This document shows, piece after piece, positions 14,001-27,400 of a stretch of DNA of 64,000 bases; position 1 is the stretch's first letter; each line of letters opens with the position of its first letter. Source of the DNA: Bugula neritina (Eukaryota; Animalia; Bryozoa). The stretch is from the NCBI GenBank assembly GCA_964035545.1, contig OZ037771.1:13267133-13331132 (forward strand), read 5' to 3'. The position numbers were made by a program, and so were the translations under genes. The notes beneath the pieces were generated by a model, which saw only the letters and a list, made by a program, of their open reading frames with translations, was not told where the DNA came from and ran no database searches.

Positions 14001-17000
14001 AGTACTAACTACTGACTCTCTAGTACTAACTACTAACTCTCTAATACTAACTACTAACTCTCTAGTACTAACTACTAACTCTCTAGTACTTACTACTAAC
14101 TCTCTAGTACTAACTACTAACTCTCTAATACTAACTACTAACTCTCTAGTACTAACTACTGACTCTCTAGTACTAACTACTAACTCTCTAGTACTAACTA
14201 CTGACTCTCTAGTACTAACTACTAACTCTCTAGTACTAACTACTGACTCTCTAGTACTAACTACTAACTCTCTAGTACTAACTACTAACTCTCTAGTACT
14301 TACTACTAACTCTCTAGTACTAACTACTGACTCTAGTACTAACTACTAACTGTCTAATACTAACTACTAACTCTCTAGTACTAACTACTGACTCTCTAGT
14401 ACTAACTACTAACTCTCTAGTACTAACTACTGACTCTCTAGTACTAACTACTAACTCTCTAGTACTAACTACGGATTTCTGTCTTCTCTGTAGACATATT
14501 CTCCAGTGCACTCGCAGAAGCTGAAATATTTCTCGATCCTTACGAGTTTATTGACGAGGAAGATTCAGCAACAGCTACCACATTGACCTCTCCTGTAGAA
14601 ACTGCAAATGTGCTGCCTTTGTGGCCGAGCGCTCCTGTAGACAGCAGTGCTGTGATGCCTCTGGCGGAGGAAGGAGGAGAGACAAATCCCGCTGTCTATC
14701 ATCTCTCTCAAGGTCAGAGTCGTGTTACACTATTGGCTGGACTAGCATGGCGCTGGGGCTTCTCTATGTTGATATACTTGATATGAAATATTCTTACTTC
14801 AAGTTATTCCACTGTTACTATAGTGATACTCATTCCTAGCAATACACTGCACTAAATTCTATTCTCTACACTAAGCACTAGATACTAGAGGTTAGCACTC
14901 TCTTACTAGATACTAAGGGTTGGTACTCTCTCACTAGACACTAGGAGTTAGTACTCTCTCACTAGATACTAGGGGTTAGTACTCTCTCACTAGATACTAG
15001 AGGTTAGTCATCATTCCCTAATATTACACATTGAGTTTTGTTGTTACCAGGTGCTGCCATTTTGAGTGGAGATCTTCCATTTATCACTCAGCCAGTTGTC
15101 ACGACAGCGTCCTATGACCTGCCAGACGACTTGCTCAACACAAGTCATAGATTCTCAGTGATTGGCTCTACTCTTGACCAATCAGCCACAGCAATTTCCA
15201 CCATCGGCAGCGTCAGCAGTATTGGTAATAACACAAGCACCGTCAGTGGCTCCAATCAAATCATACTTCCTAAAGGTAAAGAAGCTATTAGGATAGTAAC
15301 AGGTGCATCAGCTACCACTACTGGTCTAGCAGGACTAACTGTGGCCAACAGAGCACAACTCTCTCAATTAGGCGGGGTGGATGCATCTAGTCCCCGTACT
15401 GTAGATATACAACCGAAACAATCTCATGCTACACCTATTAGCTATGTTAGTGGGGGCCTGGCACACACCTCCCCTACTATTGACACTAAGATATTGATAC
15501 TGCCCCCTGGCATAGGGCAGCCCCCCACCCCGGTATCTGCCCCTACATCTGCTTCAGAACTTTTTCTACCCACAACTCATGTAGAGACCAAAAACTTCAA
15601 TCCTTTTATACCATCATCTCAGTCGGTAAGTTTGGCCGCCGAATGTGTAGGAGCAGATCTGGAAAAGAGCAGAGCTTCTTCGTTGCAGACTTTAGATTCT
15701 AATATTCGATCCTTAGCAACGGATAAACAACCAGAAGACACTCAGGTAACTTGTTTCTCTTCCTTGTCGATCTTCTAGCTAGCCTTAGTTTTTGTAGCAA
15801 ATTTCCAGATAGATGTTGGTTGTGGATGAGTTTGAATCATATTATTTGTTGTAGATAATATCTTCTGCTGTCACAGCCTTGTTGGAACTCAATCAAGAAC
15901 CGATCGCCGATTCAGCACATATCTCAGCCGATAATACGGTGGTTATGACTATGGAAAATCTTTTACCTACACGCCAGTCCACCATTTCGTCCAGTGCTGC
16001 GACCTCATCCAGTGTAGGATCTGAAATCAAGCAAGATACGAATGAGTCTCAAAATAAACATTTGCAAGCAACCGTCGTTAGTTCTGCTCAAATCACGAGC
16101 AGCACGGTTATGGCCAGCGCTGTTTCAGATACCTTTAGTTGTGCACCTATAGTTGACACTAGTAAGCTTACTGTTGTAACGACCGCTGATCTTTGTGTTC
16201 TCTCCAATACACAGCCAGTGGTAACCACCACTAGCACCTCTAGTTCGATCACTATTCTACCCTCATCTCATAGTCATTCTTCTTTAAAAGACTCTTCAGT
16301 CACCTCTACTAGTCACTCTTCAGTACGTTCATCTGATGGCTGTCTGACTGAATCTGAAGGTCAAACCTCATATCAAAGAATATCGGAGGCGGTTCCTATT
16401 CCAAAGATTGAATCAGAAACATTAACAATGTCCAAAGTAATAGCAGCGCCAGATACAGCGACTACATCCAAAGCAATAATAGAGTCAGAAGATGCTACTC
16501 TGTCCAAAGCAATAGCAGAGTCAGGAGAAGCGACTACGTCCAAAGCAATAGCGGAGTCAGAAGTAGTTGCGTCCAAAGCAGTAGCGGAGTCAAAAGAGGT
16601 AACAATGTCAAAGAAGGTGGACGAAAAGTCAACAGACAAATCATCTAATGATGAAGTTGGAATGGCCAGTAATAAAGATAATATCGATCAGAAGTACTCA
16701 TCTACAGATGACACGATGGATCTTGACTTTGAAGCTGAAGATGATGACCTGATGAATGATCAAGATGCTAAAGTCATAGATAAGCTGACAATTGTTGGAC
16801 CAGAAGGCAATCTAACAATGCTAGAATATGAAAAAGGCTTGTATATAGAGAAGACCGTGGTTACAGATAATACCAAGAACACAGTTGCCAAGTCAGCTGT
16901 CATCGAAGATGAGCATGCAAGTCAGGCACCAGTTGAATCGTCCAACAGTGGTTCTAGTGTGTTAACAGATGTGTCGGAGAAATGTGATACTAGTACCAGA

Positions 17001-20000
17001 GTTGAAAAGAATGGTGACTGCGAAATGATCACCGAATCTCCGGAGGTAGGTAACCATGAGATGGATGCTGAGGTCGCTTGTGCCAGCGTATCAAGTGATA
17101 TCCTAAATAAAGCGCAAGGGGTAATTGCTGATAAGTCTAGCGATTCCAATGATAACTATAGCTTAGCGGTTGAGAACACATCAACAGACACCAGTCAAAC
17201 TGTGACCAACACACAGGAGTGTAGTACTTCTGTATCAGACCAGCAGATATATCCTGCCTATTCTCAAACTCTAATATCTGTCCAAAATGATTCATTACTT
17301 GAAGGCCAGGTTCAGTGTGATCCGAATTCTTCCAACAGCAATGCAGCTCAAATACAAGATTGCTCTATAGCACCATTTTTTTCAACTGAAAACCACAATT
17401 TTTCTGTTTCAAAAGATATTGGTGAGCCAAAGACAGATACTATATTGAACGAGTCAGTGCATTTATCCGAACAGTTAGAACCAATAGATGTTAAGAAATG
17501 CGAAGATGTAAAATTAACTACAAAAACAATGGCACCAATAGAGTCTTCAATTTCTAGCATTTTAGAGAAATTGGAGCAACCTGTTGTTACTCCGACACAA
17601 CAGTTGACCTCAACTTCTCTCAGTCCTGCAGGGTGTGTTGACCCAACTATTTCTGGTGAATCAGAAATTGAGGAGTCTAAGGTTTGCAATGTTGTTGAGG
17701 AACTCCAGTCAGTAGTTCCCCAAATTTCAGACAAGGTAACACTTGCCATTCATAATGTTTTTGAGAAAGTGGAGCAAACTGCTGTTACACTGAGCAATGA
17801 ACAACCATTAACTACTCACATCACAGAAAAAGCAGAAGCCATAATTTCTGACTGTTTACATCAGGTTGAACCCGTAATTATTAGCAATTCTAAACAAATG
17901 GAACCAGTAGTTGGTGACAATGCAAAGCAGGTGGAACCAGTAACTGCTGACACTTCAGAGCAGGTTGAATCAGTAAGTCCTGGTGTTTCAGAGAAAGTGG
18001 AACCTGTACTTGGTGAAAGTCTCGAACAGGTGGAACAAGTAATTGCTGACCATCCAGAGCAGGTTGATGCGGTAATTGCCGACAATCTAGAGCAAGTGGA
18101 GCCAGTAATTGCTGGCGAGTCAGAACAAGTTGATCCAGCTAATAATTCAAAGCAGATAGAACCAGTGAGTGCTGGTGTTTCAGAGAAAGTGGCACCTGTA
18201 ATTGCTGGTGCTTCTGAGAAAGTAAAGCATGTGGTTAGCAATGTAGAAAAAACAGAGTCAGCAATTGACAATTTAGAAAAGGTAGAGTCACCCATCATTG
18301 ATGTCTTAGAAAAACCTGAGCCGTTAGTCGCTAGTGATATAAAAATGTCAGAGTCAGTAGATGTCAGTGACTTAGAAAAGGTTCAGCAAACAGTTGCGGG
18401 CAGTCTAGAGAAGGCAGAGTCAGTAGTTGCTAGTGACATCACAAAGGTAGAGTCCGGAGTTGTGGAGTTGACAAACATAGATTCAAAATTCACTGATCAA
18501 CAACTTCATTTATCACATTCAGAAAATGAGAATTCGGTTAGCAACTTGAATGATTCTGCATCTGTCTCTGAGTCTAGTTCATCAGAAAATCACTCCTTGT
18601 TTGGTGATGATACGATAAATTTAAAACTAGTGAAAGCTAACGCACCAGGTCATAAGGATGTGTCACAAAATAAAAGTACAAACAGTGCTGAACTTGTCTC
18701 TCCTACTCCATTAGCTTCAGCTGTTTCAGAAGATACTAGAAATTCTTCTGAGTCCTCTCCTCCTCCTCTTAGACCAAAGCACTTTGAAAAAGTATACCGC
18801 CCACGCAAGTCTGTAGGCAACAGTAATGATGTTAGTAAACACACCTCAACAAACAATGATATTTCAGTAAATTCAGCTGCTGAGAGCGATTCGCAAAACA
18901 TGCAACCAAATCAAATTTACAGCGTCGCCCGAAGGGAAAACTTTAACTCTGATAATATTTCCGCTAAACTTGACTGTGAAACCAGAACACCTCTCTTAAT
19001 TCTCCAAAGAACTCCAACCAAAGATGTACCATCTTCAATAGTGAACGGCACTTCTCAACTTGTGCATTTAGAGAAGAACTCTATTGGGAAGCTGGAGGAA
19101 ATGGATGGAAACTCGGATTACCTGGCCGACAGCTGTAATTCAGTGTCCAATGGCCCAAACACCTCTACAACAGTAAGTTTTTATTCTCTTTCGTATACTA
19201 AAGGATTGAATATGCCAGTGCATTCTCAAGAGCATGCTCGAGTTTTCGCGAGTTTTGCATAAACCTTGTTTCTGTTGATACAGATGAGTCAAGGAGAGGA
19301 AAGTGATGACGAAGACGCCACAGTTAAGTCAGACGGCAGTACTCCAACTCACAGAAGTAATGTGAATACAGAGGGGCATGTTTCTCATCTCTCCCACGGG
19401 AGAAAACGACGTAGAAAGTCTGATCACAGTCCTTTCTGGTTCAAAGGTGCTCTCGGGTATGTTTGATTGCCTATGACTCATACTTCTACAGAATTGAATA
19501 ATTACCACAGTGAAGATTTCACAGTGGTGTGTAAGTAAACAAGACTCTTCTGTGAAACATCAGATTTGCTGTTATTTGCCTTGAGCAGTATTGAACAGTC
19601 TGCTGTTTTCATCGCTCCACTAACCGTTGTGCAAATTGTATTTGTAGTTTACTGAAAAGGGTGATGATGTACAGGGGAATTAATCGACCTAAGGGTGAAC
19701 ACGGGGCCGCTGCCTGGTTCCTCAAACCGGTTTCTGATGATGAGGCCCCAGGCTATTCGGCCATCATATCTCAACCCATGGATCTGAGTACAGTGAAACG
19801 TAAATTAGAGGTCGGTTGAGTACAAATTGCTAATCACTGCTCAATCTTTCTAGATTGCTATTTGAATTTAAAACTTTAATGACGCTTTAGCATTTTTCAG
19901 CTGCGAGTTTTCAGTTATTAAGCTTTTATTTCTACTTGTCTTAATATTTGAAGTGATACTGAGAACTGACAGCTATGTCCGTGCCATGTTATTAGTTGTT

Positions 20001-20676
20001 TTCTATCGACCAATCAGCACTTTTGTTTAGTATTATTGGCTATTTCTAGACCAATCAGTACCCGACTCTTGAAGATTTCAAATCGGACATGATGCTCATT
20101 TACTCTAACTGCTGTGTTTACAACCCGCCAGAACACAACGTCAGGAGAGACTGTGAACTCGTGTTTGTCTACTTCCGACAGGAGTACGAGAAACTGGTCA
20201 ACAAGCTTCACCAGCAGGTAAGTTTCTATCTCCAGCTGTCCACTAAGCTTCTTCTTACTGATAATAAATTGTAACTCTAGCAGTTGAGTTGTAAGTAACC
20301 TTTCAAGCCCTTCTAGTATAAAAGTTAAGTCCCCATCCCTGTGAGAACGAACCCCTGAAGTTGTAAATAGTGTCTCAACATGCTGTCAACGTAATTAGAG
20401 GGTTTCTGCTTGGAGCAGTTATGATCAGATGCCTTTCCCGGCATCATCAATGGCTTTGCCGGGATTCAAACCTGAAACCTATTGCTTACTCTGCCAGGGG
20501 TCAAACCTGCAGACTGTATATTCCTGAATACTTGTGTATATTCTCCTTCTGGAATCTTCTAGTCTGTTCTGCAGACATGTGTTCATGCTGTCTTCATGCT
20601 TTATATTCAGGCAACCGGAGAGGCTGAGAGAAAGAAAATAAAGATGGAGGCCAACACAACAGTCCCGCCCACATAG
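8027..20676 (+). CDS. EMSY: EMSY-like protein: N-terminal ENT domain, long S/T-rich and acidic disordered region, C-terminal bromodomain; 18 coding exons, ~2335 aa
   Basis: Exons 8027-8199, 8419-8493, 9040-9163, 9523-9784, 10293-10468, 11154-11355, 11515-11739, 12100-12435, 12599-12837, 12940-13129, 13483-13686, 14494-14712, 15051-15745, 15855-19172, 19284-19456, 19648-19810, 20050-20217, 20611-20676; all GT-AG and phase-compatible (7008 nt). N-terminus WPRVLDM...ELVAYSSVVSAFRAQGDLT...RHRAEVRRSVNDEKL...WIVEGRRL is an ENT domain. C-terminus WFLKPV..EAPGY..II..PMDL.TV..KLE...Y...DF..DM.LI..NC..YN is a bromodomain. Confidence 0.9.
9255..9462. repeat. Degenerate ~14-16-bp minisatellite (CCCTCTCACTAGTA)n
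   Basis: Visible in EMSY intron 3. Confidence 0.8.
9812..10015. repeat. Degenerate minisatellite (AGTGTATAGACTATATATAGAC-like)
   Basis: Visible in EMSY intron 4. Confidence 0.75.
10478..10962. repeat. 21-bp tandem minisatellite (ACAGTATTACTATAGTATAGT)n
   Basis: About 23 copies starting ~10 bp after the donor at 10469. Confidence 0.95.
11055..11142. repeat. 21-bp tandem repeat (TATTACACTGGTATATTACTG)n
   Basis: About 4 copies just before the acceptor at 11152-11153. Confidence 0.85.
13130..13316. repeat. AT-rich degenerate minisatellite (TGTATTATATATAC)n
   Basis: Begins at the donor GT at 13130. Confidence 0.85.
13447..13460. promoter_or_regulatory. RFX X-box-like motif GTTTCTATGGTAAC
   Basis: Matches the 14-bp imperfect palindrome GTTNCYATRGNAAC; intronic, function untested. 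Confidence 0.3.
13705..14472. repeat. 21-bp tandem minisatellite (TACTAACTACTAACTCTCTAG)n
   Basis: About 36 copies filling nearly all of EMSY intron 11. Confidence 0.97.
14870..15008. repeat. ~28-bp tandem repeat (CACTAGATACTAGGGGTTAGTACTCTCT)n
   Basis: About 5 degenerate copies. Confidence 0.8.
20380..20510 (-). mobile_element. Probable tRNA-derived SINE fragment
   Basis: GCCGGGATTCAAACCT at ~20458-20473 is the reverse complement of a Pol III B-box-like GGTTTGAATCCC; last EMSY intron. Boundaries are uncertain. Confidence 0.4.
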
Positions 20677-21405
20677 CAGTGTGAGAGTACAGTCTACTTA
20701 CCCATGAGTCATTGTGTATATAGTGTACATATTATATCATAGTGTATATAACTATGTTACGTATAATATCTGTGCCTTTGCTGTTCCACCCGGGGATACA
20801 GTACCCACAGTAACGCCAGTATAAATGCAAGCCATGCTCATTTGTCATAATTCAGATGTTAATTTTTAAACTGTGTGCCACTTCTATATATCTATAGCTG
20901 TTACAGATAAATTTCCTACTTATTTTATTACCAATAATTGTTTTTTATTGTTGTAATTTTACTGGTTGTTGTATTATAAACAAGAGACTATGACTTTACT
21001 GTTCATGTTCGATTGTATCTACTTATGTATGATGCAGTCATATATTATGGTCTCTTGTAAGTTCACTATCATGATGTTACAATATAATGTAGTCTTTATG
21101 TAGCAGTAAAGTTCGTTGATATTAAGTTTTGTGAACTTGCAATATCCTTTCGACAGGATCTGCTATGGATACAGAATAAAGATAATATAATTTATTATTT
21201 TTTCTAATTTTCCTCAAATTATAAAAATTTCAACAACGCAGGATATTCAGGTACAAACAAATATTTATTAGTAAATAAATAAATAGAATAAAATAAACAA
21301 TTTTTATAGGACTTCACATAGAAGTGCTGCTAGATGAAATGAATCACTAGAACTCTATCAAAGTTATCACAATTGATGCTGTTTGGTGTTGATATGACAC
21401 TGTTC

Positions 21406-24400
21406 CTAAAACTTTCCACTTCTCTTGGACGTTGTTGAACTTTTAGAAGAGGTACTCCTGGCTGATGCTACAAGAGAAAATCCATCATTTGTTTTCTGTC
21501 AGCAAATAAGTTATGTGTTGTGAGAACAGATTCCCAAGGGAGTCACAGTACATTGACTTCATATTGTCTAAAAATAACTTGAACAAGTCTGCTTTAATAA
21601 CCTGCAGCGGTGTTTTTGATCAAACCCGAGGAGTTAACTAACTATCCCTGTGTTAAATAACGTATTTTGGTAAAATTGTCCTTCCCAAACATCCAACTAT
21701 TGCAATATCTGGCAGCGCTATTAACCAACCAATGAGATAAAACTGCTGCTGCTTACTCACATGGAACAAAAGTGGCGCCGATGTTGATTGAAGCAGCCTT
21801 AGCACTCTCCCTGCTTCTAACCGACTCTAAACTCCTGACAGAAGAACCTGAACTCCTCGCACTGGAAGGTCTGGAACTGAATCTACTGCCGGCTGTGCCT
21901 GAAAAACATACCGGCGAGGAGATAACTTCCATACCACATGTAATTCAGGGTAACAAATCAGTATCAGTAATATTGTAGTATCTATTGTTAATATAAGTTT
22001 CCCGCTACCCGAACAGGACAAAGCGGAGATAGGTGAGAATAGACAAAAATTGTTACTATAAGTTTACTAAAACAGTGACTTCAACGTAAAGTTGATCCAC
22101 ACAAAGTTGAAAAGTTACACACATCATATATATAAAAGCCGAGGCATATTCAGATATATCATAATAAAAAAGGCTAGTGTTGAAACATGTAATTTAGCAA
22201 AATACCAACAATTTTTTTTTAATCTAAGCGTGCCTAAAAATTCTTAAACACTTCATTAATCCATGCAAACAAAGTAATGACTTGAACTGGGTGAATTATG
22301 TTTTTCCTAGTTTTTGCCAGGGTTCCACAAAAATTTTACCTGGACTTGGAGGAGGAGGCAAGTCAGCCTGCTGAAAATACATGTTGACTACTTGCGACAT
22401 ATCTGGATAGTTGGCTACGACTTCGCCAATATTCTTTACAGCTGTCTTGTTGAACTCTTTCAACTCTCGTAAATCTAGATCTTTCTGCAAGTGAAATAAC
22501 ATATAAATATTATTCCCATTTGCTTATGTGACGTAAAAATTGTTCCTATATGGTAATAGCTATAACAATATAATAAATATTTTCCTATTTGGTAATAATT
22601 AACAAATTTAGCTTCTAAGTTAGCATTGGCAGAATTAATTATTAGAAGTAGTATTCATTTCATAAAGAATTGAATACTAGAATGAACGTTGAACCACAAA
22701 AGTGTTGGTTGCTACTTTTAACAAAAATGTTGAAGTAGAAACAGAATCCAAGAGTGAAAATGAGATAATGGCAGAATTTTCTAGAAGACTGAAATGACCC
22801 TGACCTCCTCAGGAAGTTCTCCTTTACTCCCGGCAGCTAGTCGCACTTCCCGGGACAGCTTGGCATTCTGTCGCTGAGCTCTGTCCAGTTTGTTCTTCTG
22901 CTCGTCCAGTTCCTTCTGTATCTGCAACACTTTGTTCTTCTTCTCCTCCAGCAGATCAGTGTATGCTGCGTCGTCTCTCTCTAATAGACCATAATGCAGT
23001 TTTAAATAGAAATTTTACTTATTTACAATATAAAAGATTTCTTAAACAGAATTCGATTTCATTCATTTAAAATAGTTGAAGCATTTTTGTAACCTTTTAT
23101 TTGCAAAGTGTGCTGTGAACTTTTAAAAAATTAAACTTGTTTATTAGCTTTCAATCAATAATTTTCTAACGGCCAATTAGTAAAACACAAATTACTACGT
23201 TAGGTTATTTAGAAGCAAAAGCAATGTGATTTCATTTTATTGACTTTTTCACCTCAAAAATCGATAATTATGCACAAAGGTCAGAAAATATTACTAGATA
23301 TATTTATAGTTACCACCCACCAAGATTGTCCATAGTTCTGCCCATCGTCTGCAGATCTTCCTGTAACTCACGGATTTGTCTTCTCTTATACTTATACTTG
23401 TCCATAACTGCCCTCAGCTGTTCCTCGAGTTGAGCTTTTTCTTCCATCTCTTCACTAGTGTCTGTAACCTAGCAACACAATCACAAACTAAACAATCACA
23501 TGTTGAACTAGAGCTTAATGATCAACTGAAAGGTAGACAACTCTCGAATGTTGATTAAAACCAGAAAGGGAAGTTAGTAAATAATACTAGATATAGACTG
23601 AGTACCTTGTTGAAACTCTTTCTGTACGTCTCGTTACGATTGTTCATAAGTCTCAACGTATTTTCTAAAGCCCGGATTTCTTTCTCAGCCTTCCTTATTT
23701 TTGCATCAAGGTCATCTCCCGTTCTCTGTAACTCCTCCTTTTCTTGTGCAGCCTGAAAATATCCATTCGTACATTTCATTTAATACATTATTTGACATGC
23801 ACAATTATTAGTAGAACTAAAAACGCATTGCTATTCAAAATAGAAATAAAACTGTTTACACACATTATTTGATAATTGAAGTAAAATGCCACAGATAAAA
23901 CTAATAACAATTTACTTACAGAATACTAATTGTTCAATAGTATGTAGTAAATAGGTAAGCCAAGTACACATAAATTTGTGACATAATACGTAACATTTCT
24001 AAGTTTGGATGACATGTATACATGATGTATAAACTTTAAACAAAGATAATGAAAGAAAATGGCCTATGATTATACACATATTATTTGATTGTTTTAGCCA
24101 GAATATAAGCACATATTTTAGTGACATAATAAGATTATGTGTGCATACTTTGATGACATAGTAAGCTTGGGATTTTTCCTCTTCCCCTTCGGGAGGTGCC
24201 ATGGCCACCATAAGTATTTCATATCTCTTTCTCAGTTTATCAATCTTAGTTATCCTCTCGTGCAACTCCGCGCTGATCTGCTGCCGTTCATCGTCAGCGG
24301 CTCTTATTTGAGCTCTCAGCATGTCTGTGTGAATGTTTATTTCATTTCTTCGCTCTTTCATTGCCTGCCAATACATTTGATCAATTTGAACTTATATGGT

Positions 24401-27400
24401 AGACAGAAATTCTTTATAGGTTACATTATAATAAGTACACTATAATAAATTTATAAATGTTGTTTTTAGTCTTAAAATTAATTAAAATTAAATTTTAATT
24501 AATTTACTAAACTATAACTAGTAATCAATTAAATTAGAAACAGGAAATAAATTCACCGTCTGCAGTTGAAGTTTGCGTTTTTCAAGTGACAAGACGTCAT
24601 CGGCCTTCATGTTGAGCATTCCGCGCAGTCTCTTGATCTCTAACTTGAGTAAGTTGTCATCCACCATGAGCTCTTGCTTAGAGTGAGTTATAGTAGTTAG
24701 TTCTCTTTGAGAGTTCTCATTGTAGAGGCTGAGTTCATTTATCTTGACCTGCGGAACAGCAGAAGATTAAAAACCACGCGACGATTATTTACCTTCATAA
24801 AAGATTCCTTTAAAATGGCTAACAGAGAAATCAACTGACTTCAAGGAAAAAGTGTACAAGGAGCTGTCAAATTATGAACAAAACTACAATTAAACAAATC
24901 AAATTAAAAAATATAGTTGAAAATCAGATCCTGATGTCACTCACAGTCAAGTCAGCCATTTCGACATTCGACTTCTCCAAATCTCTCTTGGCTCTTCTTA
25001 TGTCATCTTGTAACCTCTTCAACTGTGCATTCAATAGGGTGTGGGATTGCTGACGCTCCTCTAAATGCTCTGTCAGCTCTTTTATTCTGATCTCCAAGGC
25101 TACTTTCTCCTCGTTGCTATGCTCACCTTGCATCCTGTTGATTCGTCTTTCCAGTTGTTGAATAGAAAAGTCCTGAAGGCAAAACATTGAAAGATTTGAA
25201 AAGTTACTTTACACAGACATGATGCATACATGCTAACTTACCTACCATGAATATTGCCAATGAACTTCAGTTAAATGCACCAAAGTTCAACTTTATAGTT
25301 CAGAAAAATTAGTTTTCTATTCAAAAGACACTAAATATGTAGACTAAATGAAATCCCATGCTAAAGTCACCATTGTAGTTAACTCGTTTAAACAGTCACA
25401 GAATTATACTTGAACGCATAAATTAAAATTAGTCACATGCTTTCAGTTGATTGGCTAATACTTCACACCTGATTGTATATAATCTCGAGCTGTTTTAGTG
25501 AGTCATGGTCCAGTTTGTTTATTTTACTATCGAGATTTCTTATGGCTGCGCGCGTTCCTTGAATTTCTGCATTTGTGTCTTTCTCAGCCTTTTTAGCTGT
25601 GAAGTATTCTTGACCCTTCTTGAATTTTATGTCTCTCAGGTGTTTCAGGTCTTGCTCTATTTGCTACAAAACATCATCAACATTTAATAAACAAATGAAT
25701 ATTTTTGACTTATTGATTTTTGACATGCAAAATATTATGAATTCACTTAATAAAAGTCTGACATCTCTAGTCATACTTTCTGTCTTCTCTCTTCAGCTTC
25801 CATCATCTCGTCCATTCTAGCTGCTAGCTCCTCGGCACTCAACTGTGCTTCCGTCGCCATCTTTAATTTGTCATTCAGGCTTTCTCGAATCTCCACCATT
25901 TCCCGCAGCTTTCCCTGTTTGTCCATGATGTCTTTCTTCAACTGCGATACTTGTGTTCGGGTGATTTCTAAATCCTGATTGGTTCGATCTACTGTCCTTT
26001 TCAACGCATCCAACTGTACAAATATACATACTTTCAGTCGTGAAAAGCTTATAGAATAGTTCTACTAATAATTGAAAGCTAAATTACACAATCCTACTAT
26101 AAAAATATTCTGGTTCATGAAACCAGAACAAGATTTTAAGCTGTATCAAATTTTGTTGTGTCATACCTCGTCAGCAAATCTAACTCTGTCAGAGTCAGCT
26201 TCTTGGTATTCCAGTCTCAGTCTGGCAGCATTTCTCTCGGCTACGGATATTTTCTTCTCCATCTCTTCATTGTTGTTTTCTTGACTCTCCAAAAATTGCC
26301 GTTTCTCTCGGATGGTCTCTTCACGTTTATTTACTTCAAGACGAAGTTTAGCTAACTCCTACAAAATGATTGCTGCTGTTACAAGTTTCTATTACATTCT
26401 TTCTTTTAATTAAACAATCTTGCATCTAGAAAAGAAAACATGATTTTCAAACCAAAATATCAATTAGAAAAGTTATGTGATATAAATAATATGCTTATTA
26501 AATGTGGTTTTTACAGACAAGCAGCTGAGCCATAAAAATAAATTATGAGAAGTTGGATGTACAATTAGGTGTGCAGGCTTCAATATTTTAGCATTGATAA
26601 CTGATGCAGATTTATCAACATCATTTGCGAGGCTGCTAGTTGTTCAATGCATAAAATACGAACTAACATGGGCCAGCAAGTCCATTTCCCGGTCTCTCCT
26701 TTGCATCTGCTCAATAGTGTGCTCCCACTGTTTTATCAACTGCTGCCGTTCAGCGTGGGCAGCTCTGAATTCTTCGGCAGCTTTATCCAACTCAATCTAG
26801 ACAAGTAAGATAATTGCTATAATATGATTCACTATCATATAAACAAATCCTAGATATTACAACATTTAACAAACCTAGAACTAACATTATCACATAGTAT
26901 AAAACTTTTAAACCAAAACCAAGTATACCCAGTCTAAACTGATTACAATTATAAAAGAGTGAAACTGCACATATGGCCGCAGGTAATAATCAGTCTTAAA
27001 ACATCAGATTGTGTTCTCCTACTGCAGCATCTTACACAACCAACCTGCGTTGTCTGAGTATCCATCATTTCATTGTTTAACTTCTTCTTGCGATCTGCGG
27101 CTTCATCTGTTAGTCTGCCTAATCTTAGAGTGAGTTCCTTAATTTTACCCTCATCCTCTCTGGCGTACTTGGCTAGCGTCATCGCATCCTCGTCTTTCCT
27201 CGCCGACTCTTCCAACCACAACTCTAAGGCTTGCTGATCCCAATTCATTTGAGACTTGAGCTCTTCAAGCTTCTGGGTTTGCTTGAATATATTATTCTAC
27301 AACAGAGCAAAATGGAATCAGCTGCAATGCTGTATTAGAACAATAAGTATGGAGATGACGGCTGAAACTTCTGTTAAATTACCTCATAGATATTTTTCTG

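Noticed and set aside
16373-18901. Minus-strand ORFs of 75-145 aa
   Set aside because: Antisense shadows of the large EMSY exon.
15879-19262. 1127-aa ORF as a standalone gene
   Set aside because: Starts at TTG and is bounded by an in-phase acceptor (15854) and donor (19173); it is an internal EMSY exon.
20440-20500. tRNA gene
   Set aside because: Only a B-box-like motif; no cloverleaf can be formed, so it is treated as a SINE fragment.
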